A stretch of 63,961 bases of DNA, the filler included, from Octopus bimaculoides (lineage: Eukaryota): the NCBI RefSeq assembly GCF_001194135.2. It is 4 parts of 4 records of this genome, joined end to end, with 100 filler letters (N's around TTAATTAATTAA, not from the genome) between each part and the next. Parts side by side here need not be neighbours in the genome. Positions count along the whole stretch, not along the records: positions 44,377 to 60,112 come from NC_068985.1; positions 60,213 to 63,961 come from NW_026346815.1; 2 more parts are not named here. One strand, given 5' to 3'. Shown here in pieces: positions 51,489 through 63,961 of the stretch. The notes beneath the pieces were generated by a model. The model did not search any database and had not been told where the DNA came from. It saw only the letters and a program-made list of their open reading frames with translations. The position numbers and the translations under genes were made by a program. Each line of letters starts with the position of its first letter. Position 1 is the stretch's first letter.

Positions 51489-52310
51489 TATTATTATTAT
51501 TATCATTATTTCTCTTTAGCACAGGTTTTGTTGGAGCTCCTGGAATCTTGCATGCGTAGCGGGCTTGCTACTTGCATCCTACAGTACCATGCTATCGTTC
51601 TTTTCAGCTATCTAATACTTTCCTGATTATTCTGGCCGTGCCAAGCAGGCAAACCTTTTGTAACAGTTCTACTGGGCACTCTATTCCAATTTCCTTTATA
51701 TTCCTCTTAATGCCTTCTGATACTGTTCCCAAGGACCCAATAATAATTGTCACTATCTTCACTTTCCTCATTTTCCATAACCGGGCTATTTCCTACTTAA
51801 GAGGGTTGTATTTATCTATCTTTTCGCCTTCCTTCTTGACTATTCTTCGGTTAAATGGGCATGCAACATCAACTAGATAACACATGTGGTGCATCTTGTC
51901 GACCACCACTAGGTCCGGTCTGTTATGCTCTAGTACCTGATCTGTTTTGATTGGGAAATCCCAGAGGATTTTGCTTGTCTCTGACTCCCCCACTCTCTGC
52001 CATGTCTGTTAATACCACGTCTTGCTTCTCTCTAGCCCCCACTTTTCACACAGTTTCCAATGTTGCACTTTCGCTTCCTGATTCTGTCTCAACATGTAAT
52101 GGTTTTGGACAAGTCTGGGGCATTCGTTCGTGATATGGGCAATGGTTTCATCCACTCTATTGCAGACGCGGCACAGAGGAGATGCTTGCTCATTTCTAAG
52201 ATTCACCATCCAGTTCATGGTGAAAGCTTGGTCTTGCGCTTCCAGTATAGTGCTCTCGGTTGGTCTTGCGCTGTCAGGATAGTGCTCTCGGTATTATTAT
52301 TATTATTACT
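51450..52310 (-). mobile_element. R4/Dong-like non-LTR retrotransposon, 5'-truncated, flanked on both sides by (TTA)n
   Basis: CCHC knuckle CRVCNRVDETIAHITNEC, then ILWDFPIKTD..HNRPDLVVVD..LVDVACPF..KIDKY..LK*EIARLW..TIIIGSLG..LLGTARIIRKVL*. Confidence 0.92.
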
Positions 52311-52529
52311 ATTTTAAAAAGATTGACGTAACTCTTTACAAAGATAAATAGGCAATACGAAGAGCGCGATGCGATTGCAATAGATATTTTATTGGTTGGA
52401 CGATATTTCGACAGCTAGTGATACATAGAAATTTAAATATATAGAAATTCAAATCCAAAATATAAACGAGGGTGACCAACGTTCCCACGTTAATGAAATG
52501 ACATCATCAGTCTTCAGTTTTCAAGCTTA

Positions 52530-53110
52530 CAGATGAAAGAAAAAAGGAGAAAAATCAAATAGTTTTGTGCAAATATGATGAAATTCTCCTGTCATTTTAT
52601 TCATTCCTTCCGGGCGTGATATCAATAACACGCAAACAACCTTCTCCTCATCCATTTTGAGAAATGAAAGTGTAGCAGATTCAGAATATTTTCTGAGAAT
52701 ATGCACTTTCATGTCACGAATTTAGTCATGAAGACAGCGAAATTAATTGCCATAAGGGTACCCATCATCTGGTGGTAACATTGTTGCCCAAACTTCATTG
52801 TCTTACTTTGTAACACAAACCTCAATAGCCTACAGAGAAAATTAGATGGAATACTTTTGGTTGACCGCTTTTCGAAGGCAGTCATGCATGCTTCTACCTC
52901 TGCCTTCTTCGAAGTCAATATTAGGATATAAGAAAGAAACATCCTTGGTTACCAAAAAACAGTTTTCGACATGGTTTCGGTGCTTAAAAGAGTTGTGAAA
53001 TTTTGTCTGTACAACATTCATATCTGCGGCAAATTGGGCGCATTGGAGGAAATCTTTCGACTTTTTTGTGTATTTTGGGGAGACCATAATATATAGGTGT
53101 TGTTCTTCTG
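52530..53110 (-). mobile_element. Penelope-like element RT remnant
   Basis: FLVTKDVSFLYPNID..EG / STKSIPSNFLCRLLRFVLQ..MKFGQQCYHQMMGTLMAINFA, equivalent to the PLE DVxSLYxNI and YxQxxGTAMG motifs. Confidence 0.8.
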
Positions 53111-54894
53111 AATGCAAAATCCTGGATTCGGCCTTATTAATTGCCAGCCTTGTGCCTAAATTAGAGACCATAAAATTGCACACACACACACATATATATA
53201 TATATATGTTTTTGTTGTTGGCACTCCGTCGCTTACGACGTCGAGGGTTCCAGTTGATCCGATCAACGGAACAGCCTGCTCGTGAAATTAACGTGCAAGT
53301 GGCTGAGCACTCCACAGACACGTGTACCCTTAACGTAGTTCTCGGGGATATTCAGCATGACACAGTGTGACAAGGCTGACCCTTTGAATTACAGNNNNNN
53401 NNNNNNNNNNNNNNNNNNNNNNNNNNNNNNNNNNNNNNNNNNNNNNNNNNNNNNNNNNNNNNNNNNNNNNNNNNNNNNNNNNNNNNNNNNNNNNNNNNNN
53501 NNNNNNNNNNNNNNNNNNNNNNNNNNNNNNNNNNNNNNNNNNNNNNNNNNNNNNNNNNNNNNNNNNNNNNNNNNNNNNNNNNNNNNNNNNNNNNNNNNNN
53601 NNNNNNNNNNNNNNNNNNNNNNNNNNNNNNNNNNNNNNNNNNNNNNNNNNNNNNNNNNNNNNNNNNNNNNNNNGCACCGCCTTTAATCGAACAAATCGAT
53701 TCCAAGGCTTATTCTTTGTAAGCCTAGTACTTATTATGTCGGCCTCTTAGCCGAACCGCTAAGTTACGGGGATATAAACACACCAACATCGGCTGTCAAG
53801 CGATGGTGGACCCACACATGCACACACATTTATATGACGGGCTTCTTTCAGTTTCCGTCTACCAGATTCATTCACAAAGCTTTGGTCGGCCCGAGGCTAT
53901 AGTAGAAGACACTTGCCCAAGCTGCCACGTAGTGGGACTGAACCCGGAACCATGTGGTTGGTAAGCAAGCTACTTACCACACAGCCACTCTCGCGTATGC
54001 ATACACGTTCACGCACACATATGTATCACACATTTATCTGTCTTCGCAAAAGCATAAAGCATGAGTAAATCTATAAACAATTCTTGTTTTTTTTTCAGAT
54101 GAGACATTCAAAATTCAAAGTCAGAATGTTTCTCGAACATACAGCAACAAACTGCAAATAAAACGACAGTTTTTGTTCTATCTTAGAAAAAAAAATATAA
54201 TTAAAGGAATACAATTTTCTTGAAGATAACCAATCTGAGATTAATTTTGGTATTTCGTGTTACCTTAAACTCCCTGCATCCTATCTGCATAGTTATTTAT
54301 TTATTCGCTTCGAATTTTTTTCTGACAATAACCGCTAAGATAAAGCCAGGCTCACACAAGCTAAACAGGCGGAGAGAGAGAGAGAGGCAAAGAAAGACTA
54401 TATTACTTATCTATTCACGAACTCACTAACCTCAATGCTATAAAAATAAATGTTAAAAATATAGAAAACNNNNNNNNNNNNNNNNNNNNNNNNNNNNNNN
54501 NNNNNNNNNNNNNNNNNNNNNNNNNNNNNNNNNNNNNNNNNNNNNNNNNNNNNNNNNNNNNNNNNNNNNNNNNNNNNNNNNNNNNNNNNNNNNNNNNNNN
54601 NNNNNNNNNNNNNNNNNNNNNNNNNNNNNNNNNNNNNNNNNNNNNNNNNNNNNNNNNNNNNNNNNNNNNNNNNNNNNNNNNNNNNNNNNNNNNNNNNNNN
54701 NNNNNNNNNNNNNNNNNNNNNNNNNNNNNNNNNNNNNNNNNNNNNNNNNGTGACTTTGATGCCAAAATATAAGAGGATAGAATATATTTAAAGAATTCTT
54801 TCATATGCAATATCAGTAGGGTTTCTCAACTTTGCCTGTAAGACTTTCACACTGATAAATATAATCTATTATGGGAAGGAGTAAATAAATGAAT

Positions 54895-54938
<44 letters not shown>

Positions 54939-57757
54939 GGACACACACACTCACGCACACATGTATGTATATATGTCTGCGCATATCAATATACACATAC
55001 ATGTGTGTGTTTATATATGTGTATATTTATAAGTATACACAGACGCACTCTTTCAAATGCGCACACATACATATATTATGAACAAAAATAAACATCGAAC
55101 CAAGAGTAGCAGTTTAGTAAATAATATTGATCGCTGTTCTTGTTGTTGTTACAACTAATGTTGTTGATTAGCGCCATATCTATTTTGATTTAGGAAGCAT
55201 ATGAACAGAGGCGTTCCAATCATGACCCTCGCATCTTTTCATATATCTCTGACTAGACTGTCGAAATCGGTTTACCTCTTTTTCAAACTACAACTTGTAT
55301 TTGAGAGAATTTAGCTGCAACTTCTAGACTGTGGAGCGACAAGGTAGAAGCTCCCTCGGTCGCACACGTTGTAGAGCAAAGTATTAATGAAACGAGTATA
55401 AAAGTTAATAGCAGCCATATTAGTATTTCTTTTAACATATATGAGCTATGGATGGTTCTTGACATCAACCTTAAATGTACTGGCAGGAACACATTCAACA
55501 ATCGGTATATATTTCAGATGAAAACGCATATATNNNNNNNNNNNNNNNNNNNNNNNNNNNNNNNNNNNNNNNNNNNNNNNNNNNNNNNNNNNNNNNNNNN
55601 NNNNNNNNNNNNNNNNNNNNNNNNNNNNNNNNNNNNNNNNNNNNNNNNNNNNNNNNNNNNNNNNNNNNNNNNNNNNNNNNNNNNNNNNNNNNNNNNNNNN
55701 NNNNNNNNNNNNNNNNNNNNNNNNNNNNNNNNNNNNNNNNNNNNNNNNNNNNNNNNNNNNNNNNNNNNNNNNNNNNNNNNNNNNNNNNNNNNNNNNNNNN
55801 NNNNNNNNNNNNNNNNNNNNNNNNNNNNNNNNNNNNNNNNNNNNNNNNNNNNNNNNNNNNNNNNNNNNNNNNNNNNNNNNNNNNNNNNNNNNNNNNNNNN
55901 NNNNNNNNNNNNNNNNNNNNNNNNNNNNNNNNNNNNNNNNNNNNNNNNNNNNNNNNNNNNNNNNNNNNNNNNNNNNNNNNNNNNNNNNNNNNNNNNNNNN
56001 NNNNNNNNNNNNNNNNNNNNNNNNNNNNNNNNNNNNNNNNNNNNNNNNNNNNNNNNNNNNNNNNNNNNNNNNNNNNNNNNNNNNNNNNNNNNNNNNNNNN
56101 NNNNNNNNNNNNNNNNNNNNNNNNNNNNNNNNNNNNNNNNNNNNNNNNNNNNNNNNNNNNNNNNNNNNNNNNNNNNNNNNNNNNNNNNNNNNNNNNNNNN
56201 NNNNNNNNNNNNNNNNNNNNNNNNNNNNNNNNNNNNNNNNNNNNNNNNNNNNNNNNNNNNNNNNNNNNNNNNNNNNNNNNNNNNNNNNNNNNNNNNNNNN
56301 NNNNNNNNNNNNNNNNNNNNNNNNNNNNNNNNNNNNNNNNNNNNNNNNNNNNNNNNNNNNNNNNNNNNNNNNNNNNNNNNNNNNNNNNNNNNNNNNNNNN
56401 NNNNNNNNNNNNNNNNNNNNNNNNNNNNNNNNNNNNNNNNNNNNNNNNNNNNNNNNNNNNNNNNNTATGTGTGTAATGTTATATGTGTGTGTGAGTATGT
56501 ACATATAAGCGTGTGTTGTGAGTGGTGTAAGATTTAACGAAAAAGATTCTCGTAATGCTTTTGATGGGCGATAAAAATGATGCGAGATATTTTCTGACGA
56601 ACCGTTTCACGGATTGTTGACTTCCCCTCAATGAAGGTGTAGGTACCTTGTATAATCAATAAGGCTACGCTGCTATTATGTAAAGCAGTCAGAAATTAGT
56701 CTCTCACCATACTGGATGTTTTTGGCTCATCATTAATAAAACAATGTATATATTTTTCTGTACAATATAGGGTGAATCAGATGGACGACACGCGCACACA
56801 CACACACATATCATGTTATGCAAAGAAGCGTTGCACTGTACCAGGATTTTCGACTCGAGTCAAATAGAAGAAATTACTTGAAATCGTTGTTAAAGTATGT
56901 GCGTAAATGCAGTCAAGAGCGGTTAGTTTCTTTTAGAATCGAGTCGTATTAGTTGTAATAATAAAGTCAAACCAAATAGTGATATTTTGAAAAGATTTAA
57001 TACATACATTTCAGGCTTGCGTAATATATAATAGAAAATGCATCCATTACGTAAATGCTTGACAATTCTTCGCAACAGGTAGCAGTATCTTAATACAAAT
57101 TTGATATTAAGTTTTGCGGTCAGCAACCCGAATGACTTTTAATAAAAGATACTATCTATTGATAGATGTTTGATTCTGGTGATGCGAACGTAATTATTTT
57201 GTATATTATATCTGTTCGTTTATATATTTTTATTTTATTATTTTATTTTAATATTTTAATTTTGTTCTATTTGATTTGTTCTATATCTTGACCGGTTAAT
57301 TTGGATTTGAGGTTTATTGTCTTTTCATTTTTTTAAACTATGTTATGCTAATGAAATGATAACAACATTTTCAACGGTGAATATATACAACTTGAAATAA
57401 AGATTCATTCAGCAAATTGATTTATACATTCACCTGAAGAGTCGACATTTTCCCAATATAGGTGGAATAATACTGTTTCAATGCAATATTTCGTATGTTA
57501 CATAATATTATTACAGCAATAAATATCTGGTAAAGCATCGATGAACCGATTTTAGAATTATGTAATAAGCCGAGTTGCCAACTCTGTTCTCCTTGTCAAT
57601 GTTTATAAATACCATGTGTTTGCGTGTACTACTCAATATACACGTGTGTTTGAAAAATTTAACGACAAAAATACTTACAAACAATACGTTCGTACACACG
57701 CGCGTACGCACCCCCACACAAATACACATATATATGCATGCATGTATATATATATAC

Positions 57758-57793
<36 letters not shown>

Positions 57794-58892
57794 NNNNNNN
57801 NNNNNNNNNNNNNNNNNNNNNNNNNNNNNNNNNNNNNNNNNNNNNNNNNNNNNNNNNNNNNNNNNNNNNNNNNNNNNNNNNNNNNNNNNNNNNNNNNNNN
57901 NNNNNNNNNNNNNNNNNNNNNNNNNNNNNNNNNNNNNNNNNNNNNNNNNNNNNNNNNNNNNNNNNNNNNNNNNNNNNNNNNNNNNNNNNNNNNNNNNNNN
58001 NNNNNNNNNNNNNNNNNNNNNNNNNNNNNNNNNNNNNNNNNNNNNNNNNNNNNNNNNNNNNNNNNNNNNNNNNNNNNNNNNNNNNNNNNNNNNNNNNNNN
58101 NNNNNNNNNNNNNNNNNNNNNNNNNNNNNNNNNNNNNNNNNNNNNNNNNNNNNNNNNNNNNNNNNNNNNNNNNNNNNNNNNNNNNNNNNNNNNNNNNNNN
58201 NNNNNNNNNNNNNNNNNNNNNNNNNNNNNNNNNNNNNNNNNNNNNNNNNNNNNNNNNNNNNNNNNNNNNNNNNNNNNNNNNNNNTATATATATATATATA
58301 TGTATATTTATGTACGTGTGTGTGCATCTATACGTATCATCAATGACTAATGTGACTTCCCTATTACTGCTTCGTACCACAACTTCAACAGTGCAAGAAA
58401 GCCTGGTGAATCATAAATGCTACCACTTATATTTCCCCCCATCGCCACGCTTTTTAACTCCTAGAGATGACAATCTCATTTTCCGCTTACTTTTAGCAAT
58501 GAGGCGAATTTAGCCACAAGTACGGCGAAAACGGAGGGAAACCCCGCAGATTCTAAAGTGCCAGAACAATCTGCTCGAGACGACGTGTATCTAGCGGCAA
58601 GAGGATGATAATTAAACCCAAGAGGCTGTCCTTAGTTGACTTCCGCTGTTAAATAACAAGTCCCATTTTTAATGTTTCGGAACCAATTGTGAAATGTCCT
58701 CTCCTATGAATAAATGTCTTTGACATTCATTTCACAATTTCTTCAGCTTGTCTTTTTTAAAAAATCGTTCACACGATTTGTTCTTTTGGTACTCGTAAAT
58801 AAATTTTATTTTTGATGCATTCTTCTAGAACCACCGTATTATTGAAGGATCTGATAAAAAGCAAAAGTAGAAGTGCGATCTATTTCATTGCC

Positions 58893-58924
<32 letters not shown>

Positions 58925-61689
58925 GGTGCAGGTGTGGCTGTGTGGTAAGAAGCTTGCGTCCCAGCCACATGGTTCCGGGTTCAGTCCCACTGCGTGGAAA
59001 CTTGGCCAAGTGTCTTTTACTATAACCTCGGGTCGACCAAATTCTTCTGAGTGAATTTGGTAGACGGAAACTGAAAGAAGCTCGTATATATATTTGTATG
59101 TTGTGTCTGTGTTTGTCCTCCCATCATCACTTGACAACCGATATTGGAGTGTTTACGTCCCCCATAACTGAACAGTTCGGCAAATGCAACCGATAGAATA
59201 AGTACTAGGCTTGGTAAGAATAGGTCCTGGGGTCGATTTGTTCGGCTAAAACTCCTTAAGGTGGTGCTCCAGCATGGCTGCACTGAAATGGCTGAAATAA
59301 ATAAAAGAATAAAAAAATAATAAAATATAAAAAATAATTGTTATCAATCTGTTCCTTCTTTTTTAAGAAAATAAAGCTAGATTTCTTAGTAGATCTGCTT
59401 GCTATTTCGAGCAGAATGTAAACTTAGTATGCACGCTTAGTATAACAGCGAATTGCTCTAACATGTGGGTTACTGATTTACTGTTTTACACCAAAATTGA
59501 CTTAACCAGCAACGTTATAAGGTGTTTTGGCCATAAACACAATGCAACGACAGTACCAAGAGACGAACCTTCGAACTTTCGGTCCGTAAAGTTCAACACC
59601 TTATCGACACATGGTGCACTGCAGTTATATTCGATTAGTCAGTGATTGTATGTCAACAAGAGGTCAAACACTGTATTTACTTGATCGATAAGCTGTGTCC
59701 GTATATATTTGAATATATATCGAACAGTTGTTGATCTGGGTGTTTTTATTGTGGTCTTGTTCTTAGTAGTAGTAGTAGTAGTAGTGTCCATCATCATCAT
59801 CATGATTCTTCTTCTTCTTCTTCTTCTTCTTCTTCTTCTTCTTCTTCTTCTTGATCATTACCATGGGTCCCTCACCTAATAAATATATATGTATAAGTGT
59901 ATATACATATGTTATATATATATGTATATATATATATGTATATATATTAATATACAAACGCACACACATGTATATGTATGTATATATGTGTGTCTGCATA
60001 TATATATATATATGCGAATATTTTAAATGAGTATATACATATACATGCAAATATATATATATATATGTATGCAAATAGTTTGAGTATATACATATATGCA
60101 TGTATATATATANNNNNNNNNNNNNNNNNNNNNNNNNNNNNNNNNNNNNNNNNNNNTTAATTAATTAANNNNNNNNNNNNNNNNNNNNNNNNNNNNNNNN
60201 NNNNNNNNNNNNGTGCTCCAGCATGGACACAGTCAAATGACTGAAACAAGTAAAAGAGTAATATTAAATACCAATTACATTATATTTAATAACACTTTTG
60301 TTATAATATATGAAGGTCCGTGGCTTAGTGGTTAGGGTTTTCCTCTCACGATTGTAAGATCGTGAGTTCCATTCCAGGTAGCGCGCTGTAGCCTTGAGTA
60401 AGACACTTTATTTCACGTTGCCCCAGTTCTCTCAGCTGGCAAAAATGAACTACACCTGTATTTTAAAGGTCCAGCCTTCTCGCATTGTCACGTTTATTAA
60501 GAGTACGGGTGTCTATGAAGTGCTCAGCCGCTTGCACGTTAATTTTACGAGCGGGCTGTTCTGTTAAACAGATCAACTGGAACCCTGGTCGTCATCGTAA
60601 CCGACGGAGTGTTGTTGTTTTTTTTATTTTTGTTCTTGTTTTATTATATGTAAATATTAGGGAAAGATATAACGCTATCATTATGAAATGACTCCCGTCA
60701 TATTTCGCCATGATAAATTTTTTCCTATGTGTTAACGAGTTAAAAGCTTAGAATCATAAGAGAAAGACTTCTCACTTTGCCTTTCGAGAGTTTTCATTCC
60801 AACGTGTATTTGTTTGTGTATANNNNNNNNNNNNNNNNNNNNNNNNNNNNNNNNNNNNNNNNNNNNNNNNNNNNNNNNNNNNNNNNNNNNNNNNNNNNNN
60901 NNNNNNNNNNNNNNNNNNNNNNNNNNNNNNNNNNNNNNNNNNNNNNNNNNNNNNNNNNNNNNNNNNNNNNNNNNNNNNNNNNNNNNNNNNNNNNNNNNNN
61001 NNNNNNNNNNNNNNNNNNNNNNNNNNNNNNNNNNNNNNNNNNNNNNNNNNNNNNNNNNNNNNNNNNNNNNNNNNNNNNNNNNNNNNNNNNNNNNNNNNNN
61101 NNNNNNNNNNNNNNNNNNNNNNNNNNNNNNNNNNNNNNNNNNNNNNNNNNNNNNNNNNNNNNNNNNNNNNNNNNNNNNNNNNNNNNNNNNNNNNNNNNNN
61201 NNNNNNNNNNNNNNNNNNNNNNNNNNNNNNNNNNNNNNNNNNNNNNNNNNTCCTGAAAGGATGAAAGGCAAAGTCGACCTCGGTGGAATTTGAACTCAGA
61301 ACGTAGCGGCAGACGAAATACCACTAAGCATTTCGCCCGGCGTGCTAACGTTTCTGCCAGCTCACCGCCTTATTTTAAGAGACCATTGTGAACTTTAAGT
61401 GATTTCCAACGCATTTCAAAAGCAGCACCTGTAATCTCTCTGGCTGGTCCTCCGCCGCTCTCATTTTCTCTTTCTATTCATTTAACCCTCATTTGGAAGT
61501 GACTTATAGCCTACGAAAGTCATTATATCGAAGGATAGAAAGGCAAAGCAGTACAGCTGAGAGTTCAGAATGCGTAAGACGAAGAAGATCAAAAGCTGAT
61601 TTCGTAAAACGATCTACTTTCAAAATCAGCAGAATCAATTTGGTTTGTAATTAGTTCTACAACTGATATGCTGCAGATCTTCAATGAAT

Positions 61690-62490
61690 CTTAAGAGATC
61701 GGGGACTGAAAATATTGAGGGTGTGCAAGTTGTTCAAGAAGTCAAGAAGGACGCTGGAGCACGTGATATTTTGTTGTAGAGTACTTTTCTCAGCCCATAC
61801 CACAGTCAAGTGCTCAGCCGACTGGCAAGTATCATACGCGAGGCGGCAGCGGTGTAAAGGAGGGGAAGAGAAGAGAAGACAACAGATGAGAATTATTAAA
61901 TGTGTAAAGAGGGGAGCAAAAGAAGATACTGGAAGTGTGCGCCCTCCCTTGGTGTCTGTGTGGTGTTAACAGAAAAAGCAGATGACAGGGAGGTGTTGGT
62001 GAAAGACAAAAGGTAGAACAGATGATGCCAGCAGAGGTGGTGAACACGACCTTGAGACCTGACCTGGTTCTTGTGTCAAGGGCAGTACGTCGTGCCATCA
62101 TGATGGGACACAAAGATAGGGGAAGCAAAAAAAAGGAGAACGATAGAAAGGTACGCGGTGCTGAGGGAAGAGAATAAGGGGAGACATAGAAGAGAAAAAT
62201 TATGGACAGTAAAAGTTGGGTGTAAGAGTAGGGTGTAAGGCCTTGCTGCTAGGAGATGGATTCGAGATTTAGGTATAATTAGACGTAAAGTGGAAGGGTG
62301 GGTACGGAGGATTTGCCTGGCAGAAGAAGTTGGTTCGTGTTGGGTGGAGTATGTGTATAAGCAAGCAGTAAATGAAGGAAGTGCTGAGTGGAATATCTCA
62401 ATGCAATACCAGCCAACCAGACACTGCTACTTGAAATAGTTGAAACATCGATGAGGTCAAGTGTACTGCTGCTCGTGCTTTGAGACGTGT
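61690..62490 (+). mobile_element. HERO-like (R2-superfamily, RLE) non-LTR retrotransposon remnant
   Basis: CKLFKKSRRTLEHVIFCC (CCHC), HSQVLSRLA, MPAEVVNTTLRPDLVLVSRAVRRAIMM, ERY..L and VRVGCK (VEVGCRG-like). Multiple frameshifts. Confidence 0.75.
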
Positions 62491-63754
62491 GCATACACAC
62501 ACACATTCTTTATATTCTCTCTTCTTTTACTTATTTACGTCATCAGACTGCGGCCATGGTGGGGCACCGTTTTGGAGAATTTAGCCGAATGAATAGACTC
62601 CAGTACTCATATTATATGTGGCGGGGGNNNNNNNNNNNNNNNNNNNNNNNNNNNNNNNNNNNNNNNNNNNNNNNNNNNNNNNNNNNNNNNNNNNNNNNNN
62701 NNNNNNNNNNNNNNNNNNNNNNNNNNNNNNNNNNNNNNNNNNNNNNNNNNNNNNNNNNNNNNNNNNNNNNNNNNNNNNNNNNNNNNNNNNNNNNNNNNNN
62801 NNNNNNNNNNNNNNNNNNNNNNNNNNNNNNNNNNNNNNNNNNNNNNNNNNNNNNNNNNNNNNNNNNNNNNNNNNNNNNNNNNNNNNNNNNNNNNNNNNNN
62901 NNNNNNNNNNNNNNNNNNNNNNNNNNNNNNNNNNNNNNNNNNNNNNNNNNNNNNNNNNNNNNNNNNNNNNNNNNNNNNNNNNNNNNNNNNNNNNNNNNNN
63001 NNNNNNNNNNNNNNNNNNNNNNNNNNNNNNNNNNNNNNNNNNNNNNNNNNNNNNNNNNNNNNNNNNNNNNNNNNNNNNNNNNNNNNNNNNNNNNNNNNNN
63101 NNNNNNNNNNNNNNNNNNNNNNNNNNNNNNNNNNNNNNNNNNNNNNNNNNNNNNNNNNNNNNNNNNNNNNNNNNNNNNNNNNNNNNNNNNNNNNNNNNNN
63201 NNNNNNNNNNNNNNNNNNNNNNNNNNNNNNNNNNNNNNNNNNNNNAAACTAAGCGTTTCGAAGAGTTAGAGCATCTGTATATATATATATATATATATAT
63301 ACATATATACTGGCAAACGCCCCCCGTCCATTGGACAGTGTAAGTTTGTGACAGGACTGGAATCTAAAACAGTGTAATTCCTCTTCTGTCTATGCTTAAA
63401 ATGGAGGATTATTTGACGTAGTCGAGACGTTAGATCAAAAATGAGCTGGTATTTAAAAAGGAACATGTTTTATTTGCAGATATCGGGCATTAAAATGTGA
63501 AAATATGGAAAATTATCGTTTGAAATGCTGTTTAATTAACTGTATGGCTGAGGAATCGGTACAAAAAGCATACACGGCGTTTCTATGAACATGAAGGCAA
63601 TCTGTTGTAAAAAACATGTTTAATTGCAATATAAAATTATCTGAGGCATCTGGGAAGCTGTGCATTGAAATGGAAGAATGCTTGACTTTAACAACGGGTA
63701 TTTGTTGGAAGATTAACATGACCTACCGTGAGGAGTAAATAGCTTGCCTTAGTT

Positions 63755-63865
63755 ACAAGTCGGTGCCGAAACTTTGAAGTCCCTGCTCCTCGGAGACCAT
63801 CCAGATTCTAAACACTTTCTTCGGAATATAAGAGCCTACAAATCCCGCTTTCCAAATTGAAAAAT
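63755..63865 (+). mobile_element. Helitron Rep N-terminal remnant
   Basis: ETLKSLLLGDHPDSKHFLRNIRAY(+1 frameshift)AFQ resembles the Helitron motif HFxxNIRxYNSxFQM. Confidence 0.6.
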
Positions 63866-63961
63866 ACAAATGGGCATGCACGTGTCAAATCATGTGAGTC
63901 ACGCAAAAGTAGAAAAATACCGCTCATTTTTTGTTTTATATAAGAAACTGTTAGCTAAAGT

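Noticed and set aside
54080-54225. Strong acceptor (TTTTTTTTCAG) followed by a short open frame
   Set aside because: No matching donor and no recognisable protein; T-tracts are ubiquitous in this window.
2217-62000. Long ORFs rich in YI, HT, CV or X
   Set aside because: These are translations of (TA)n, (CA)n and (TG)n microsatellites and N-gaps, not genes.

Overview
This is an AT-rich, microsatellite-saturated, gap-riddled eukaryotic window. Its SINE families and repeat landscape match what I recognise from Octopus (probably an O. bimaculoides scaffold; an inference from recall, not a search). I find no supportable host protein-coding gene, rRNA, intact tRNA or CRISPR array. Nearly all listed ORFs are microsatellite or N-gap read-throughs, or transposon debris. 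The identifiable content is: several tRNA-derived SINE families; non-LTR retrotransposon remnants (RTE, Penelope-like, and restriction-like-endonuclease elements of R4/Dong, HERO and NeSL-like type); DNA transposon remnants (Tigger/pogo, two mariner lineages, Tc1, hAT and piggyBac MITEs); and a short Helitron-like piece. The most interesting observations are: (1) hammerhead-ribozyme-like cores in Penelope-type termini, the best at 50955-50979; (2) RLE retroelements sitting in specific microsatellites, (TAA)n for three R4/Dong copies and (CATA)n for a NeSL-like copy; (3) a sharp CpG-depleted to CpG-normal transition near 19 kb, suggesting a methylated gene-body boundary; (4) head/body/tail module shuffling among SINEs. 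These are mostly instances of known phenomena. I cannot support a wholly new biological system here.
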